Source: Lepidodermella squamata
Lineage: Eukaryota > Animalia > Gastrotricha
Direction: 5' to 3'
NCBI GenBank assembly: GCA_047495785.1
Contig: JBLDXI010000019.1
Coordinates: forward strand, 1,612,001 to 1,676,000
Length of the DNA: 64,000 nucleotides
Below are positions 60,969 to 64,000 of the stretch, piece by piece; positions within the stretch are counted from its first letter, which is position 1, and every line of letters starts with the position of its first letter. The position numbers and the translations under genes were made by a program. The notes under the pieces were generated by a model. It saw only the letters and a list, made by a program, of their open reading frames with translations. It had not been told where the DNA came from and did not search any database.

Positions 60969-63353
60969 ATGCCGCTCCAGACAGCTTCAATTCTCCTGCC
61001 TGTTTTACTTTTGGTCAATTTAAATCCAACCGATACCAGAAAGCAGCATAAACTTGTTATACTATCTCTATCACCAATAACTAACGGAATCTACGGTTTC
61101 CCTACATGCGAGGCAGCGAAAAATGTAGTTGTAAACTACACAAATTCCCGTCTTGATATTTTGAGCGATTACCACCTCGAAATCAGGGCAGAGGACGAAG
61201 GAAGCGCTGCAACGTTGGCACCGCGTAATTTCATCCGATTCTTAGACAATTTGAACTCAAAACCTTCTAATGAGACAAACTTCCTATCACCACTTGTATT
61301 AGGAGCTTGGACAAGTTGCAACAACATCTCGCCGACATTAAAAGCTCATTTTTTGACCCAATTCTCTCCTCAATGCATCGGTCCATTTCTAGTTCAAAGG
61401 AGGCAGCAATACAACAATCTTTTCAGGTTCACTTTACCTGGCGAAACCTCTGTCGTGGCAATAGCTCTATTTGCTCGACAAATCGGTTGGAAACAGATTG
61501 GAATAGTCACTAATACTGGTAATATCAATGATTACGTAATAGCGATATCGTTAGTTAAAGTCGGGCCCACGGCTGGGATCGACGTTATCTACCTCGGTAT
61601 TGCCGATGGTGTCATGAATGACGAGCATGTTTTTCCGTTGGTAAACTCAAAAGTTCGGATTGTCGCCCTAATTACGACTAATATCGTAATGTGCGTCCGG
61701 TTTCTTTGCATAACCCATCGATTCGGATTAAGAGCCCCTCAGTATGCGCTGATATTGATGTTCACGTGTTACTTCGACCCTGAGATAGTAGCTATCCCTC
61801 CAGATTGCACTCGAGAGGCTCTATTTGAGCAATTTGAGATAATTATTTGGGCTGGAATGTATCGCGGTATCATACAGACCACAGTGAACTCAACGCTTGG
61901 ATATGACGCTGCTTGGATGAATGAACAAATAAGTCGGGAACTCAGGTTCAGAAAAGCATCAGATGACGACAATCGAGCAAATTGCAATGACGTCACAACA
62001 GGTGCCATCCTCGCCCTGAACAAGAGTGAAACAATTCTGAAAAGAGACTACAACCTTACTCTCAGAGATTTCGCGGCCTACCCAAAGCTGATTGGGAGTG
62101 TTGTTAACCAATCGGCTGCAGAGTTGGATTTTATTGGAATTCGACTCGGGAGGATGAAATATTCCCCCAGACTAGAGATGGACATTGAAAACATGTGGGT
62201 TGGTCAATGGACGAGGCAGACGAATGAAGTCAGAATGCTGTTTAAGGTATATCTGATCGATAGTGGCTTTGACATCAATATTTCGTCTTATTCGATGCAA
62301 CTGTTGAATGAACCAAAGTGGAAGACTCAGTCGAAAGATGCTCCTAAAGACCTGTCTACTGTCATCCATAGATCGGACGAAATTCATGTTATAGCAGTTG
62401 GGATTCTTGTAACGTTAGCTGGACTAAATTGCATTTTTCATATCATTCAATTCTCCGTCATTCTGAAAGCTAAGAACGGCATATATTTTGATAAGGATGC
62501 CAAGTCTTACTTATATTTTGGGTTGGTCCTCCTCGATTTTGGTGCAGTTTTCTCTGTTTTGGAGGGTACTACTCATATGGTGGTCTTCTGCAGTTTAAAA
62601 ATAATTTTCTCATCACTTGGACTAACCCTATGTAATGGCGTCCTCTTAAGCTTAGGATTAGCCATTGTAAAACTTGCGAATTTCCCACGCAAGCTTCGAA
62701 AATCATCGAACGTCGAAACGACCTATTTGCCCTTGCAGAACATGAGTAAACGAAGTTCTATTATGGAGCACCGACGAGCGTCCTCTATCTTGAGCATACC
62801 CGCCGACATCCAGCAACGGCTTTCTACAATTTCACTATCGAAAGTGACCACGAAATCGCGAAAAATCATCCGTTGGATTCAGTTGGCTTTGGTTTCAGTC
62901 TGTGCCTTACTCCTTTTGATTTGGCTCTGCGGTGTCAATCCATTAAGCAACAGACTATTCACCTCGGAGGTCATGTTTGATGAGGCATCAGATTCGTATT
63001 TTGCCATCGATGTCATGTTGTGTTCTTCTGATAACTTTTCGTATTGGCTCCTGGCTCTCGTCGCGCTTAACAGCTTTTTACTAATCATAAGCGGTCTGTT
63101 TTCTTACCAAATGGGTACTTTGTCGGTCCCAAGTGACTGTGAAAGGGAATATAAAGCTGTCCGTTTCAGCATTGTGAATTCGGGCGTTGTGTTTTTCGCT
63201 TTTGTTCTGATTTTCGCCTTATTTTCATCACCAACAATCCCACACTGGATTGCAGATGTCGTTCTTGCCGTAGGCAACACCATGTATTCTTCAACTGATG
63301 GCTTCATCGCTTATTTCTTCATGAGAAGTCAGAGAAACTACAACGTGACATAG
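60969..63353 (+). CDS. Class C GPCR, GABA-B-type, copy 3 (more divergent)
   Basis: Intronless, 794 aa; shares DILSDYHLEIRAEDEGS, CVRFLC..GLRAPQY, LFSYQMGTL; 7TM. Confidence 0.85.
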   Translation: MPLQTASILLPVLLLVNLNPTDTRKQHKLVILSLSPITNGIYGFPTCEAAKNVVVNYTNSRLDILSDYHLEIRAEDEGSAATLAPRNFIRFLDNLNSKPSNETNFLSPLVLGAWTSCNNISPTLKAHFLTQFSPQCIGPFLVQRRQQYNNLFRFTLPGETSVVAIALFARQIGWKQIGIVTNTGNINDYVIAISLVKVGPTAGIDVIYLGIADGVMNDEHVFPLVNSKVRIVALITTNIVMCVRFLCITHRFGLRAPQYALILMFTCYFDPEIVAIPPDCTREALFEQFEIIIWAGMYRGIIQTTVNSTLGYDAAWMNEQISRELRFRKASDDDNRANCNDVTTGAILALNKSETILKRDYNLTLRDFAAYPKLIGSVVNQSAAELDFIGIRLGRMKYSPRLEMDIENMWVGQWTRQTNEVRMLFKVYLIDSGFDINISSYSMQLLNEPKWKTQSKDAPKDLSTVIHRSDEIHVIAVGILVTLAGLNCIFHIIQFSVILKAKNGIYFDKDAKSYLYFGLVLLDFGAVFSVLEGTTHMVVFCSLKIIFSSLGLTLCNGVLLSLGLAIVKLANFPRKLRKSSNVETTYLPLQNMSKRSSIMEHRRASSILSIPADIQQRLSTISLSKVTTKSRKIIRWIQLALVSVCALLLLIWLCGVNPLSNRLFTSEVMFDEASDSYFAIDVMLCSSDNFSYWLLALVALNSFLLIISGLFSYQMGTLSVPSDCEREYKAVRFSIVNSGVVFFAFVLIFALFSSPTIPHWIADVVLAVGNTMYSSTDGFIAYFFMRSQRNYNVT

Positions 63354-64000
63354 TAGCTTTGATTTTCATCCGCCTTTCGCATATACCCCCGCAGCACGTT
63401 TGTAAACCTTTTAGCCTCAACGTTTGATTTCGTGTATGAAATTTCATAGTGTTAGTTGACATTGAGCTTAGAATGCTGGGTGATGATTGCATCAGACAAA
63501 TCACTCATCGCCTATAAAACATCTTAAAATTTGCAATTTCTGGAAAATATTATCAATAATTGTAAATAAACAATGCCTCATTTCTTGAGTTCTGTGTTCC
63601 CAATGAAAAACCATAATTAAAAAAATATGCCATTCGAGCACAAATTTGAAAATGTGTCATGCGGAAGTTAATGTTAATGTTCAGGCTAAAAAGCGTGTTG
63701 CGCTTCGATTTGTGAATCACTAAAACATCCCGCACATAATGCCTGTTTTTGCTCTGCGACGGCGACGTTAGGCGGAATTCCGTCTCTAACAGCCCAGCCT
63801 TGTCGTGCCCATTCCAAAGTCAAAAAGGACAGCAATGCGATGATTTTTCCAGGCGGCGGCTACATAGCATTTTAAATAGTTTTCAACATGAGACGCTTTA
63901 TGCACCTACTCGAAGAATAATAATAATCATATCAAACCGGATTATATGGTTTATTCGGCCACTTTTGCGATTTTCAAAATGCGGGGGGAGATTCTCATCG

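Overview
Eukaryotic (invertebrate metazoan-like) genomic DNA: compact genes with short AT-rich GT-AG introns. I found no rRNA, tRNA or CRISPR array. The organism cannot be identified from the sequence alone. Content, left to right: (i) a ~10.6 kb tandem segmental duplication carrying a large secreted PAN / F5-8C / LamG / F-lectin-like gene and a kinase-like+ankyrin gene, whose left copy is a pseudogene; (ii) two divergent intronless RhoGAP genes; (iii) an intronless secreted protein resembling Cry/jellyfish-type pore-forming toxins; (iv) ORMDL; (v) a second kinase-like+ankyrin gene; (vi) four tandem genes that, once spliced by hand, each encode a fusion of signal peptide, chitin-binding CBM14 repeats, LamG (Pif-like module), I29 propeptide and papain-family C1A protease with intact catalytic residues (the most notable feature); (vii) three intronless GABA-B-type class C GPCRs with a small secreted Cys-peptide gene between the first two. 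Non-autonomous DNA transposons with signatures of several superfamilies (Ginger-, MULE-, CACTA- and Tc1/pogo-like) sit in introns, in spacers and in the pseudogene. All gene models were assembled by eye and all domain names come from motif recognition, not database searches.
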